DNA of 64,000 bases, from the NCBI GenBank assembly GCA_009859145.1, contig VRVR01000014.1, positions 251,618 through 315,617 on the forward strand, read 5' to 3'. The DNA is from Andalucia godoyi And28 (lineage: Eukaryota > Protista > Jakobida). The position numbers and the translations under genes are program-made. Shown piece after piece: positions 1-10,807 of the stretch (the first letter of the stretch is position 1; the number at the start of each line of letters is the position of its first letter). Below the pieces are notes generated by a model. That model was not told where the DNA came from. It did no database searches and saw nothing but the letters and a program-made list of their open reading frames with translations.

Positions 1-889
1 GCGCACACACGGCAGGAATTACATCCACAAGCAAGTCGACTCCCTTTCGATAGACAAGTCGGGTGACGACAACAATCGTAATTGTGTCTTCATCTGGGCG
101 AAGAGTTGCATTTCGATTTCCCGGAAGCGGAATAAACTGTGAAGTATCCACAGCATTGGGTATCACTGACACCCGAGAAGGTTCAAGAGCAGCTCGCAGC
201 ACCGTGTTTTCACGGGACGTATGAGAAACGCAGATGACTTGATCCACATCGGAAAGGGAGAACTTAAGAAGTTTGTTGATGTGAATGCAAGCCGCATCGG
301 CAAACCCAAAAAGGGAATGATCTGTAAATGTGACACGAAGTCCCATGGTCCTCGCATGCATCATTGCTTCATGGCACAACGTCGATGTCGCCTGGTGACC
401 ATGAACGATGTGGATTCTTTCTCGGAGAAAAATCGAACGGAAAACAGCAAACGCGCCAAACAACGTAGGAAGCGTGGTGGCGCCTGCTGGAGTCTCAATC
501 GCATGGAAAGGAACATAATACACTTTCAATCCAGACGTGATGTATCGAACACCGGTTCGGTTGCCGTATTGTCGCGTGACGACAACCACTTTGTGGCCTC
601 GTTTAATCAAACATTGGCTCAGATTGTAAATATGGGATTCAACTCCTCCGAAGCCAGGGAAAAAGAAATCCGAAACCATGCAAATATGAATTCGTGAAGG
701 GGATTGTGTGTTTGGTTCCGTGGATGCTTGGCGGATTGCAGGTGGATGGTCGAACCGCAGTTCAGGCGGAACAGAAAGATGGTGCTCGCCAAACACAGAA
801 AGCCGTTCTCCATACATGCCGCTTGTCGTGTTCGGAGCAGATGAAGATTGAGGGTACATTTCAAACAAGGATCTCTGAGATGACGCCAT
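1..889 (-). CDS. PIGA: GPI N-acetylglucosaminyltransferase catalytic subunit (PIG-A/GPI3), 3'-truncated at the window edge; absent from the ORF track
   Basis: Manual translation of the minus strand from ATG 889 is open to base 1: ...[62 protein letters not shown]...[29 protein letters not shown]...VSVIPNAVD...[16 protein letters not shown]. These are the hallmark PIG-A motifs. Alternative in-frame ATGs lie downstream (e.g. 817). ORF 221..697(+) is its antisense shadow. Confidence 0.93.
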   Translation of the reverse strand, partial: MASSQRSLFEMYPQSSSAPNTTSGMYGERLSVFGEHHLSVPPELRFDHPPAIRQASTEPNTQSPSRIHICMVSDFFFPGFGGVESHIYNLSQCLIKRGHKVVVVTRQYGNRTGVRYITSGLKVYYVPFHAIETPAGATTLPTLFGAFAVFRSIFLRERIHIVHGHQATSTLCHEAMMHARTMGLRVTFTDHSLFGFADAACIHINKLLKFSLSDVDQVICVSHTSRENTVLRAALEPSRVSVIPNAVDTSQFIPLPGNRNATLRPDEDTITIVVVTRLVYRKGVDLLVDVIPAVCA

Positions 890-1286
890 TTTTTATAATT
901 TACTTTTTGTTGGTTTATTACGATTTCTAATGGTTGACGTGCTTGATTTTCATGCTCTGAATGTATGTGGTCAAAAAAAGGGGAAAGGAAATTCGGGCGA
1001 ACGGTCGACTACGGCATCGAGTGTGTGCAGTAGCCATAATATCGCAGGATATCACATGCGAAATCTACCAGTAGGCGTCCTGGCGGCAGACGTCCCCACC
1101 AGCGACTGGTGTTTTTTTTGCCTTCTTCTTCTTCTCCGTCTTGGACCATTCCTTTCCCCGCAAAAAAAGAAAAAACAAAAGCAAAACAAAATCAAAATCA
1201 AAATCAAAAACAAAAAAGAGGAAATTCTGAAACCCAATCAGTAAAGTTAGCATCGTCATCACACGCATTGTCTAACGGTTGTGAAC

Positions 1287-3716
1287 ATGGTGGACGCTCT
1301 TCCCTCAAAAGATGCATCGAACTTCCGTGCAATGGTTCGCTTGTACGAATCAAAGGAATACAAACGCTCGATCAAGACTGCGGATGCCATTCTGAAGTCG
1401 CACCCCAACCATGGCGAAACCCTTTCTATGAAGGGCCTGGTGCTTTCTCAAATGGGCGATGCCAAACGTAGCGAGGCCTTCGACTATGCAAAGAAGGGTT
1501 TGATGTTTGGGATTAAGTCTCATGTTTGCTGGCATGTCTATGGTCTTCTTTATCGGCAGGACCGCAAGTATGTGGAAGCCATCAAGTCCTACAAGAACGC
1601 TCTTCGTATTGATCCTGAGAACACGCAGATTTGGCGTGATCTTTCTCTGCTCCAGGTGCAACTGCGGGACGTGCATGGGTATGTTGAGTCTCGAAGGAAG
1701 ATTCTGGAGGCTAAGCCCACTGGTCGCATTTCGTGGTTGTCTCTGGTTATCGCTCATCAGTTGTGCAAAGATTTTGACATGGCCTTGAAGGTTTTGGAAG
1801 CATATGAAGGTACGGTTGTGAAGGATAGTGCAGAAGCGCACAACAATTTCGAGCAGTCTGAGATCAATCTGTACAAGGTTCAACTGCAATTGGAGTCTGG
1901 CAACGTTGACGCTGCATATGATACTTTGGTCTCGAAGGAAACAGCGATCGTTGACAAGGTCTCTTATATGGAGCTTAAGGCGCTGCTTGCCGAGAAGAAA
2001 GGACTCTTTGACGTTGCGAAAGCCGAATATGAGAAGCTTGTTAAGCGAATCCCGGGCAACGTGTCGTATATAAGCTCGTTACTGCGCTGCACGCTGGCTT
2101 CTGAAAATGTCTTCGATGATGTCGATACATCCATTTACGTTTCCAAAGTGGAGGAGATCGCTGCCTCTTTTCCGAGAACTGCGTCTTTCTGCACGATGTT
2201 GGTTCTCCAACGGTTACGTGGATCCGAGCTCGAAGAAAGGCTGTCGAAGTTTGTGTATGAGAATGTTTCGAAAGGTGTGCCGTCCTTGTGGTCTTCCTTG
2301 AAGTCTCTGTACAAGATCGATGCTAGCAATGCGGCTGTTATGCAGCGTGTGTTTGAGAAATTCTCTTCCAACTCTGAGACCAATTCGGAAGCTCGGTTGT
2401 GGTCCCGAGTTGCGCTTGCAAGACATCACGATTTTCTGGGTGACCATGCTCTTTCCTTGCGCCTTATTGAAGAGTGCATGAGCGAGAGTGCAGATATACC
2501 GGATTTCTTCATTGTCAAGGCCCGCATTTTGAAACATGAGCATCGTTTGCACGCCGCGTTTGAGGTTGCCGAATCGGGCCGGAAGCTCGACGTTTCTGAT
2601 CGATTTATGAATGCTTTCGCAGTGAAATATGCAATTCGGGCTGGACGTGTTTCGAAAGCTGAAGAACTCATGGCACTGTTTGCTGCGCAAGATGGCGGAA
2701 AGCCCAACACCTTCGATATGCAGAGTTCGTGGTATGAAGTTGAAGTGGGCGATGCGTTTGCAAAACTTGGTTTAAACATTCCGAAGGCGATTGCTCAGTA
2801 CTCTGCCGTGGAGAAGCATTTTCAAGATTTTCGAGAGGATGAGTATGATTTCCATACCTATTGCCTTCGGAAGATGACGCTGCGTGCGTATATGAAGCTG
2901 TTGGATTGGGAGTCCTCTGTTTTTCAACACGTGTATTACAGACGAAGTGTGGTCCCTCTCGTTCATTGTTTGATCAAGCTTGTGGATTTTCCGTATATTA
3001 TCGACTCGTTCAATCAACCGGAAGAAGAGATCTCTGGCGAGCTGGATGAAAAAGAAAAGAAGAAGTTGCAAAGGAAGAGGAACAAGGAAAAGGCTCGTCA
3101 AGAAGAGCAGAACCAGTCACAAAAGGAAAAAGAGAAGGACGATGCACCGAAACATGATTTTAGTGGCGCGGAGGTTGTTGCTGCTAAAGACCACTTGTCG
3201 CTTGCTGCTCAGTATGCAAGGAACCTTTCGACTCACTGCATTGATTTTCCCGAGGCTCTGGAGGCAGTGTTTGAAGTTGCTTTCCGGAGACGCAAGTGGT
3301 GTCAGGTTGTCCGCGTTCTCGGACGCTTGGCCCGGCTACGTGGACCCAATGATCATTTCACGTTTGTCGCATGCTCTCGCTTTTTGCAGGCGTGGCAGCA
3401 GGGCGCAGAGAAGGTGGACAAGAGAGTCGTAGAAGTCCTTGATCAAGAAAAGCAAGTGCTCGAACAGTATGTTTTCTCCTTCAAGGGATCTGCTTTGGCA
3501 GGTTTGGAAGCCCAAGCTTGGACAAATGAAGGCGTGAAGTCTACGTTTTTTGAGTCCGCCGTTGCCTCGATATCGGCGAGCTCTTCTCGTGACGATGCAT
3601 GCGCTGTGTGTGCATGCATTGGTCGTGTCCTCGGACCTCGCGAAGAAAAGCGAGCCAGAAAGGTCTTTGCTCCGCGTTTTGGCGACGACGTATTCTTTAG
3701 AGTTGATATTCAGTAG
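1287..3716 (+). CDS. NAA15: NatA N-terminal acetyltransferase auxiliary subunit
   Basis: TPR-rich; HGETLSMKG, SHVCWHVYGLLYRQDRKY, DRFMNAFAVKYAIRAG, DMQSSWYE, DFHTYCLRKMTLRAY and a basic EKKKLQRKRNK helix. ATG at 1287 (the ORF track starts at GTG 1281). Confidence 0.95.
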   Translation: MVDALPSKDASNFRAMVRLYESKEYKRSIKTADAILKSHPNHGETLSMKGLVLSQMGDAKRSEAFDYAKKGLMFGIKSHVCWHVYGLLYRQDRKYVEAIKSYKNALRIDPENTQIWRDLSLLQVQLRDVHGYVESRRKILEAKPTGRISWLSLVIAHQLCKDFDMALKVLEAYEGTVVKDSAEAHNNFEQSEINLYKVQLQLESGNVDAAYDTLVSKETAIVDKVSYMELKALLAEKKGLFDVAKAEYEKLVKRIPGNVSYISSLLRCTLASENVFDDVDTSIYVSKVEEIAASFPRTASFCTMLVLQRLRGSELEERLSKFVYENVSKGVPSLWSSLKSLYKIDASNAAVMQRVFEKFSSNSETNSEARLWSRVALARHHDFLGDHALSLRLIEECMSESADIPDFFIVKARILKHEHRLHAAFEVAESGRKLDVSDRFMNAFAVKYAIRAGRVSKAEELMALFAAQDGGKPNTFDMQSSWYEVEVGDAFAKLGLNIPKAIAQYSAVEKHFQDFREDEYDFHTYCLRKMTLRAYMKLLDWESSVFQHVYYRRSVVPLVHCLIKLVDFPYIIDSFNQPEEEISGELDEKEKKKLQRKRNKEKARQEEQNQSQKEKEKDDAPKHDFSGAEVVAAKDHLSLAAQYARNLSTHCIDFPEALEAVFEVAFRRRKWCQVVRVLGRLARLRGPNDHFTFVACSRFLQAWQQGAEKVDKRVVEVLDQEKQVLEQYVFSFKGSALAGLEAQAWTNEGVKSTFFESAVASISASSSRDDACAVCACIGRVLGPREEKRARKVFAPRFGDDVFFRVDIQ

Positions 3717-3852
3717 ATAAAGGGTCTCCTTTGTTGGGGTTTTTTTTTTCTGTTTGTTGGAGTTTTATTGTTTTGTTTGTTTGTTTGTTTGGTTGTTTGT
3801 TTGCTTGCTTGCTTGTTCTTGTTATGTTCTCATTTTGGTTTTTATTATGCTC

Positions 3853-4653
3853 TCATAAATATCGTTTCAGCATTTCTTTGTACATGTCGTTTGATTGCTG
3901 CAATTGCTGAATCCTTTCTCGCAACTCAAACATTCTCTTCGTTGCGTCGGCTTCATTCTTCAATGCAGTCTCCAGTCGATTGGAGTCCTCCTTTGACCGA
4001 GTCAGCAGATACTCACTCTGCCGCACTTGCGATTTCAGCAGATCGTTCTCCGACTGCAACAATTTGATTTTCTGGGTGCTCTCTTGTCTATACAATTCAA
4101 ACTCGTGCTTCAAAGCCACTTCGGCAGATCGTGATTGCTCTTCCTTTGCACGCCTTAATTCTTGTTTGACAACAGACAGCTCATGCGCTGCCTTTCCCAG
4201 CTGCATCCCCAAGCTTGAGAGCATATCGCTGAATACGTTCTCTTCACTCTGGGTTCCAAAAGATCTAAAAGACTCTGACCTGGCATGATCTGGAGTGGAT
4301 ATTGCCAACTGGTGCCTGAGAATGCATATCTCTTCTTCCATCATATCCTGCCGGCGCTGAAAGTACTGCTCCATCAAGACGATTTCGTCCAATACTGTAT
4401 TCAACAGCTCCCGCTCATGCTTGGAGACATTTCTGCCTTTACTTCTCAGCTTCGACAGCTTCTTCTCCAATTCTGAAGCGTAGTCCAGAGTAACTGACAA
4501 TGCATGATCATGGTCTTCTTGTGGCGGACGTTTGAGAATGGGCTGCGAGGCAGCAGCATCGCTATCTTTTTTTGGAGTTTTTTTTGGACTTGCGGTTCGC
4601 GCCGACGGTGCTCCTCGGGGTGTCTTCGGAGATAGTCCTGTTCTTCCGCTCAT
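3853..4653 (-). CDS. Hypothetical coiled-coil protein (266 aa) with a basic, S/T-P-rich N-terminus
   Basis: ATG-initiated ORF, heptad E/K/L/Q-rich central and C-terminal regions, SPK/TPR/SPKK/TPKK motifs. Head-to-head with NUF2. Confidence 0.7.
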   Translation of the reverse strand: MSGRTGLSPKTPRGAPSARTASPKKTPKKDSDAAASQPILKRPPQEDHDHALSVTLDYASELEKKLSKLRSKGRNVSKHERELLNTVLDEIVLMEQYFQRRQDMMEEEICILRHQLAISTPDHARSESFRSFGTQSEENVFSDMLSSLGMQLGKAAHELSVVKQELRRAKEEQSRSAEVALKHEFELYRQESTQKIKLLQSENDLLKSQVRQSEYLLTRSKEDSNRLETALKNEADATKRMFELRERIQQLQQSNDMYKEMLKRYL

Positions 4654-4896
4654 CGCTGAGTTGTGAAAACGCAGCGGAAACGAGACGAAGTGGAAAAAGA
4701 AATCACAAAGACTGAATGCACTGCCAGGGCGTTTTCTTTTTCTTTTTCCCCCAAACGTCCAAACGCTTTTGGTGCTGAAATGAAATTACGGCCGCAGGAG
4801 CTCAACTTCATGGTTGAGTCCACAGATGTTCGGCAAACGGACCGTTACGTGGGGCTTTTCTATTTCTGCTTGGGTCCATGGTCCGCTTCGAAAGAT

Positions 4897-4985
4897 TCTC
4901 TCTCTCTCTCTTCTCTCTCTCTGTTCTCTCTCTCTCTCTCTTTCTGTTTCTCTCTCTCTCTCTCTCTCTGTTTCTCTCTGTCTTT
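4897..4985. repeat. Imperfect (CT)n microsatellite in the bidirectional spacer upstream of NUF2
   Basis: Directly visible CT dinucleotide run with interruptions. Confidence 0.9.
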
Positions 4986-5066
4986 GCCTGTCTCTGCCTG
5001 TCTCTTTGTGTTGTTTGTTTTGTTACATAAGGTGCTTTTTTCCAAGCAGATACTATCTTTACCAAC

Positions 5067-6383
5067 ATGGCCGACCAAGAAGATCTTGTACCTTCCATGA
5101 AGTACAAGGAAATCCTTGACTGTCTGGCGTCCCTTTCTCTACCGTGTTCTTTGGAGGAACTCAAGAATCCGACTCCAGAATTTGTCCAGAACCTTTATGA
5201 GCATTTCGTTGATTTTCTGTGTCCAATGCCCCGCCTCGCTGTCTCTGATTACCAGTTTGAACATCCAGAGCTTTACGACGAAGCAACAAACGAATTCCAA
5301 TTTGAACGACGGCTGTTTACGTTGATGAGAACCTGCGGTGTGACAAATTTCGGTCTGAAGGACCTCATTGCGCCAACTGCTGTTGGTCTTAAGCGCTCTC
5401 TTCGAGGACTCATTAACTTCACGAAATACCGAGAGCAGCGCCTAAACACATTTGTGGAGCTTGCACAGAAGACAGACGAAATTCTTGAACGGAAAATGTC
5501 GTTGGAGGAGCAACATCACATGCTTTCCCAAGCTGTTGGTCAATATGAACAGCAAAGAGCGCGAGATGCTCCTATTGTCGAGCAGCTGACTGAAGAAGTA
5601 TCCACATTAGAACAGCAGGTTCTCGAAAAGAACAGAACTCAGGCTACTTTGCAGGCGGAGCTTCGAGTTCTCAAGACTCGCTACACCGATCTTCAGGACC
5701 AGATTGCGTCTTCCAAGTTCTCTTTGGAAGAGACAACCAAGGAATGCGAACGCTTGGCTGCTGGGGTGGTATCTTCTCCAGACAGGGTGAAGAAGGAGAT
5801 TCGTGAGCTGCAAAGAGCTGTGGAGAACGAGAACCAAAAGTCCCAGTCATTACAGGCCCGTTCGAAGGATCTTGATAACCGCATGACCGCCGTTGATCAT
5901 GCGGCCGTGCAAGTTGAGAAGGCCGTTTCATTGCTGGAAGCAGCGGATGAAGATCATACTCGATACCGTGCAATCATCCAGCAAATCAGGTCCTGCAACG
6001 CCAAGGTTGCGGAGCTCCAGAGAGAGATCGCCGACCTTTCTGAGATGGAGCAACATCTGAAAAGACAGATTACTGGAGTGCAGGAACGCATGGCCCGTCT
6101 TCAGAATCAATTCGATGCAAGGCAGGAAGCTGCTCGTGCGAGTCTTGAAGCTGCGCGCCAGGAGCGCTTGCTGCTCGAGCGTGAAAAGGCGACGCAGCAG
6201 CGGCAAGTCGAGGAAAACGAAGCCCTTGCACGCGAATATGCTGCACAGATTGAAGAGGTTCGTCGTCAGCACGACGATGAGATAACAAAGATGAAGTCCA
6301 AGTACGACGACCTTGAGTCATGCGTGAAGAAATATCACGAAACTCTCTTCGTCGCCCTTGAGAATGCGCAATTTGCTGTATGA
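5067..6383 (+). CDS. NUF2: Kinetochore NDC80 complex subunit Nuf2
   Basis: N-terminal CH-like domain (EELKNPTPEFVQNLYEHF...GVTNFGLKDLIAP...LRGLINFTKYRE) followed by a long coiled coil with VVSSPDRVK. Confidence 0.92.
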   Translation: MADQEDLVPSMKYKEILDCLASLSLPCSLEELKNPTPEFVQNLYEHFVDFLCPMPRLAVSDYQFEHPELYDEATNEFQFERRLFTLMRTCGVTNFGLKDLIAPTAVGLKRSLRGLINFTKYREQRLNTFVELAQKTDEILERKMSLEEQHHMLSQAVGQYEQQRARDAPIVEQLTEEVSTLEQQVLEKNRTQATLQAELRVLKTRYTDLQDQIASSKFSLEETTKECERLAAGVVSSPDRVKKEIRELQRAVENENQKSQSLQARSKDLDNRMTAVDHAAVQVEKAVSLLEAADEDHTRYRAIIQQIRSCNAKVAELQREIADLSEMEQHLKRQITGVQERMARLQNQFDARQEAARASLEAARQERLLLEREKATQQRQVEENEALAREYAAQIEEVRRQHDDEITKMKSKYDDLESCVKKYHETLFVALENAQFAV

Positions 6384-6777
6384 CCCCATTTATGATGTAC
6401 TGTAATAAATTCAAGTAAGATCATTCTCGTTCTCATTGTGACGAAGGATGAGCTGAAACATTTGTTGGGGAGCAGCGAGAACCTCCGTATTCGAACGATT
6501 CAAAAAGCCAGAGATTTCGCGCTTCAACGCCTGCGATGCGCTGCATCAATGCTGGATAACTGGCTTTGCTGGCGGTAAGAGTCATGAACAGCAAGCCGAC
6601 CGTAAATTCTTAAAAATCAAAAAAATGGCTCACCCCGCGAGTTCCGAAAGAAACGAAGTTCCTTTGCAACTCTCTAACTTGTGTTTCTTTTGCGGTCAGA
6701 AATCGCGTTTCATCGCAAACCGGAGTCGTGGAAGTGTCGCACTAGTCTAAGTGTATGACTGCAAAGAAGAAGAAGCC

Positions 6778-8643
6778 ATGAAATTTGGTAAGTATTTGGC
6801 GTATCAGCGGACTGTTTACCCGCAATTTCGCGACTATTACATAAGATACAAAACACTAAAACAAGACCTTAAGCCTCTTCAACAAGTCCGAGGAAGCGAA
6901 GACGATTTGGATCGAGCGAAATGGGTATATGATGAGTGTATGCGAATGTTCCACCAACATTTGGACGAAGATTGTGCTTCAATTCATTCGTTCATATCCA
7001 CAGAACACCAGTCTCTATCAAAAACACTGGCTCGTTGTCAGGAGCTTCATGACTTTTCCGCATGTGTTTCAGTCTATCGCCGTTGTGAAGAATTGAAGGA
7101 ATTTCTGAGCGTTAATAGTGTGGCTTGGCAGAAGGCTGTGAAAAAGTGCCTCAAGGCCGTTTCACAGACTGGATTCTCGTTTCCACCACCAGCGGCGGCA
7201 CTGCAACTTCCTTATCCTCCAATCGCGACGTCATCCATTGATGATGTCATGCATGAAACAGAAGATCTGTACTCGTATAACGTCCACAGAAATGATCACC
7301 AGCGAGCTCTTGCGGTGCTTCGGGCGCCGATTGTTCGGTATTCACAAAGGAACGTGTTTATCCTGGCATTCTTCTTGGGTTTGAATGTTTCTATCATGTT
7401 TTTGATGCTGGCATTCATTGCATATCCGCCTTCAATCGAGTCTTATGGAGAGTTTTCGAACGAATTCACTGTGTTCCGCATGAGCGGCCTCGCCATCTTC
7501 TTTTACTGGTTGTGGGGATGCTGTCTTTTCGCTTGGCAGAGGTACAAAATCCACCATGGATACTTGCTGCAGTTTCAGACCCGAAAACTGCTGAGCTGGC
7601 TGAAGATGTTTAAGTTGTGTTCGGTACTCACGTTCATTTGGTTGTGCGGGTTCGCCTTCTATGTCGGCTCGCGGAAGAAACTCCTGACCTTCATTCCACC
7701 AGAAGACGCAATCTACTTGCCGCTGATCACCACGTTGACATTGGTTGTGATATTCTTTATGCCGACTCGCGGTCTCCTGTACTGGTCCTCCAGGAAAGTG
7801 CTCTTGCAGACGCTTGTGCGACTCTTTGCGTTTCCCTTTGTTGTTGTTCGCTTCCGAGACATCTTCTTCACCGACGTTTTGACGTCAATGGTCATTCCTT
7901 TGTCAGACTTGGAGTTCACGATCTGCTACTACACGACTGGCAATTGGCTGCGGCCGACTGACAGCTACTGCAGCAAGACGAACATCTATGCTGGTCCCGC
8001 GTTGGCCTTCCTGCCGTTTTTCTGGCGTGCCTTGCAGTGTTTACGTCGCTATTACGATACGAAGCAGAACATGAATCTTGTGAACTTCGGCAAATACCTG
8101 TCCGCCATTCTCGTGATTTTGTTTTCGGCATTGTATGACACGTATAGATCTCCTGGATACCGTGCCATCTGGCTTTTTCTAATCCCTGTTTCGACTGTTT
8201 ATGCGTTCTTGTGGGACGTCATGATGGATTGGGGACATCCTCTATCTTTCAAGAGACCTTTTCAATTTCGAAACCTCCTGCGCGAGACTCGACTGTATCC
8301 TTCAACGTCGTGGTACTTTGCTGCGATCATCATTGATGGACTCCTCAGATTTGCTTGGGTTAGCACTATTTCAGCAGCAAATCTTCTTCCCGTACTTTAC
8401 CTCAAGGTATTGTTGGCCGCACTCGAGTTGTGCCGTCGTGCACATTGGGGAATTTTCCGCATGGAATACGAAATGATCCTCACGCGGGACATCTTCAGTT
8501 CTAAACTCGGCAACGTCTCTTTGGAAACCGATGACGGCGTGGAACCATCGCACTCCAGACCCAGGAAACGAGCATCCATCAATGGTAATGGTGCCGTCTC
8601 CGAGAATACTTCTCTGCTACTGCCCCCTTTGCTTCCTCGATAG
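6778..8643 (+). CDS. XPR1: SPX-EXS phosphate exporter (XPR1/SYG1/PHO1 family)
   Basis: Starts MKFGK (SPX signature; ATG 6778), with YIRYKTLK and KAVKK. Multi-TM EXS domain with FRDIFFTDVLTS, WRALQCLRRY, NFGKY, WDVMMDWG, LRFAW and ELCRRAHWGIFRMEYE. Confidence 0.93.
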   Translation: MKFGKYLAYQRTVYPQFRDYYIRYKTLKQDLKPLQQVRGSEDDLDRAKWVYDECMRMFHQHLDEDCASIHSFISTEHQSLSKTLARCQELHDFSACVSVYRRCEELKEFLSVNSVAWQKAVKKCLKAVSQTGFSFPPPAAALQLPYPPIATSSIDDVMHETEDLYSYNVHRNDHQRALAVLRAPIVRYSQRNVFILAFFLGLNVSIMFLMLAFIAYPPSIESYGEFSNEFTVFRMSGLAIFFYWLWGCCLFAWQRYKIHHGYLLQFQTRKLLSWLKMFKLCSVLTFIWLCGFAFYVGSRKKLLTFIPPEDAIYLPLITTLTLVVIFFMPTRGLLYWSSRKVLLQTLVRLFAFPFVVVRFRDIFFTDVLTSMVIPLSDLEFTICYYTTGNWLRPTDSYCSKTNIYAGPALAFLPFFWRALQCLRRYYDTKQNMNLVNFGKYLSAILVILFSALYDTYRSPGYRAIWLFLIPVSTVYAFLWDVMMDWGHPLSFKRPFQFRNLLRETRLYPSTSWYFAAIIIDGLLRFAWVSTISAANLLPVLYLKVLLAALELCRRAHWGIFRMEYEMILTRDIFSSKLGNVSLETDDGVEPSHSRPRKRASINGNGAVSENTSLLLPPLLPR

Positions 8644-9321
8644 TGTTTGCTCAGCAGGTCGGCACGTCTTTTCTAGTCCTGGTGCTGGGACAGCTCGAGA
8701 AGAGTGCTCTTCTTTTGTATCATCTTCCAATATTCTCCTCCACAATATCGCTGTCGTCCAACAAGTTCATTTTCGTGGAGAAACGTATCATCCCACAGAT
8801 ATCTAAACTAAGATCTTTGAATGTATCATGATCTCTTCAGAGTGATCGTGTTCTTCTTCCTGAAGACATCCCTCCGAATGCACCTGGTCACGTCGACAAG
8901 CGCAAGAGATGCCAGAGATACTCTCACCTAGACAGATTGCCCGTGGTACAAAGGAAACAATCTCTGCGTCAAAGCAACGTAACCTTTTTGCTCTTGCACA
9001 TTAAATTACATGGAAAAAAAGACTTCACAAATGCCAATGCTGTGCTCCTGAAAACTGCCCCCCCTTCTTTGAAGTCGCAAAACCTTTCGAGGAAGAAAAA
9101 CCTGAACTACAGTCTACTTGATGGTCTGACTTGAATTGAAATTTTTTTGAGAGGAAAGGCTGCTTCAAGAGTTTTCCTTCCGAGTTCTTTGCCCATGAAT
9201 CCGCTGCGTCCGGGTTTTTTTGTTGTTTTTCAATTCTATTTTATTTTATTTTTTGTGTTTTATCAAGTTGACTTTTGGCTGCTTCGTCAAAACTAACACT
9301 TCATACTTTTGGGAAACAAAG

Positions 9322-10575
9322 ATGGCCGGTGAACTGATCGTTACACAGGATCACTCTGCTGCTGCAGACGCCACAATTGCACAATCTTCGAGTCTTTCGT
9401 TGGACGCTGCGGTCGAAGCGCTTTTGGCGACTGAGAAGATTGCGCGTCTCGGAAACGACATTGCATCCACCACAAAACTCTCGGTGGCGATTGTTAAGAG
9501 GTGCGTTGCGGAGAACGCGTGGGAGGTATTGAATGAGAATGTTCTTGTACTTTCGAAAAGACGTGGCCAATTCAAAGAAACCATGAAAGCCATTGTTCAA
9601 GAGTGCATGCAGTATCTTGCGACGCTGGAAGGTGCTCGGAAGAAAGCTCTCATTTCGGTCCTGCAGTCTGTCTGCGAGGGAAAGATCCATCTCGAACTTG
9701 AAAGAGCAACGCTGGTCAAAACTCTTGCTGCAATCCGAGAGGCTGAAGGGGATTTGAGTGGCGCCGCCGAAATCATTCAGGAAGTCGCCGTCGAAACTGT
9801 CGGGTCCATGGAAAAGACCGACAAGATAGAATTTGTATTGGAGCAAATGAGACTTGTTCTCACGGTGAAAGACTTCGTTCGGGCTGGAATCTTGTCGAAG
9901 AAGGTCACAAAGAAGGCTCTTGAGGATCAAGCGGACACTCTGAAGATCAGATATTATATGCTGCTCCTGCAAATTTTGAACGAGAAAGATGATCATCTGG
10001 GCTGCGCAAATGCATACTTTGAAATCTACAACACGGATACTGTGAAGAATAACCTTGGTGAGCGAAAGTCTGCACTGCATTCGATTGTGAAAGAACTTGT
10101 TCTTGCAAAGTACGACAACCAACAGCAGGACATGGCTCGCCGGGTTTCCTTGGACCGTAATCTAGAAGATGACGCTCCGGAATTGAAGAAGCTTCTCGAT
10201 GGGTTCCTTGGAAAGGATCTCCTGGACGGCAACAAAGTGTTCTTAATTGTTGGAAATCCAGCTGTCCAAAAACGTGTTGTTGAACATAACATTCGTGTTA
10301 TCTCCTCTTACTACACTCGATGCACGCTTGATCGCCTCGGTCAATTAATCCATTTGTCTCCTGACGAAGCCGAACGGTCGCTGTGCGAGATGGTGAGCAA
10401 CAAGGACGTGTTTGCTCGTGTTGACCGGCTTTCTCGAGTTGTCGTGTTCAAGAAGTCAGAAGCCGCGAATGAAGTCATGGACGCCTGGGCGTCTCGAGTT
10501 TCGCAAGTATTTGAACTTGTAGATAAGTGCAATCATCTCATTCACAAGGAGAATATGGTTCACAAGATTGCGTAA
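9322..10575 (+). CDS. PSMD12: 26S proteasome lid subunit Rpn5
   Basis: LLATEKIARLGND, LSKRRGQFK, IHLELERA, VETVGSM, EFVLEQMRL; PCI domain VVEHNIRVISSYYTRCTL; C-terminal HLIHKE. ATG at 9322. Confidence 0.95.
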   Translation: MAGELIVTQDHSAAADATIAQSSSLSLDAAVEALLATEKIARLGNDIASTTKLSVAIVKRCVAENAWEVLNENVLVLSKRRGQFKETMKAIVQECMQYLATLEGARKKALISVLQSVCEGKIHLELERATLVKTLAAIREAEGDLSGAAEIIQEVAVETVGSMEKTDKIEFVLEQMRLVLTVKDFVRAGILSKKVTKKALEDQADTLKIRYYMLLLQILNEKDDHLGCANAYFEIYNTDTVKNNLGERKSALHSIVKELVLAKYDNQQQDMARRVSLDRNLEDDAPELKKLLDGFLGKDLLDGNKVFLIVGNPAVQKRVVEHNIRVISSYYTRCTLDRLGQLIHLSPDEAERSLCEMVSNKDVFARVDRLSRVVVFKKSEAANEVMDAWASRVSQVFELVDKCNHLIHKENMVHKIA

Positions 10576-10807
10576 GGTCGGCTTCTGCTTTCCATCCGAC
10601 CAGAACCAAGCCCATAAAATGTCTTTCTATTTTTCTCATCGCTTGTACACCCCTCCCGCCCTCCAGCTTGATTCGTTTTCAGATTCCTTTTTGCTGTTGT
10701 TTTTTCCCCCCGCCCCTTTGGTGAACGGGATTTCGGTAGAGTCTGTCGTCTCCGGTTTATCCCTCATACACTTGCTATTGCACTGGCATGCGCGCTATGC
10801 GATCTGT

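Noticed and set aside
221-697. 158-aa plus-strand ORF at the window start
   Set aside because: Codon-for-codon antisense shadow of PIGA, which carries the conserved motifs on the minus strand.
10568-10807. TTG-initiated N-terminal extension of the kinase overlapping the RPN5 stop
   Set aside because: Low-complexity UTR-like sequence; the first ATG at 10808 precedes the kinase domain normally.
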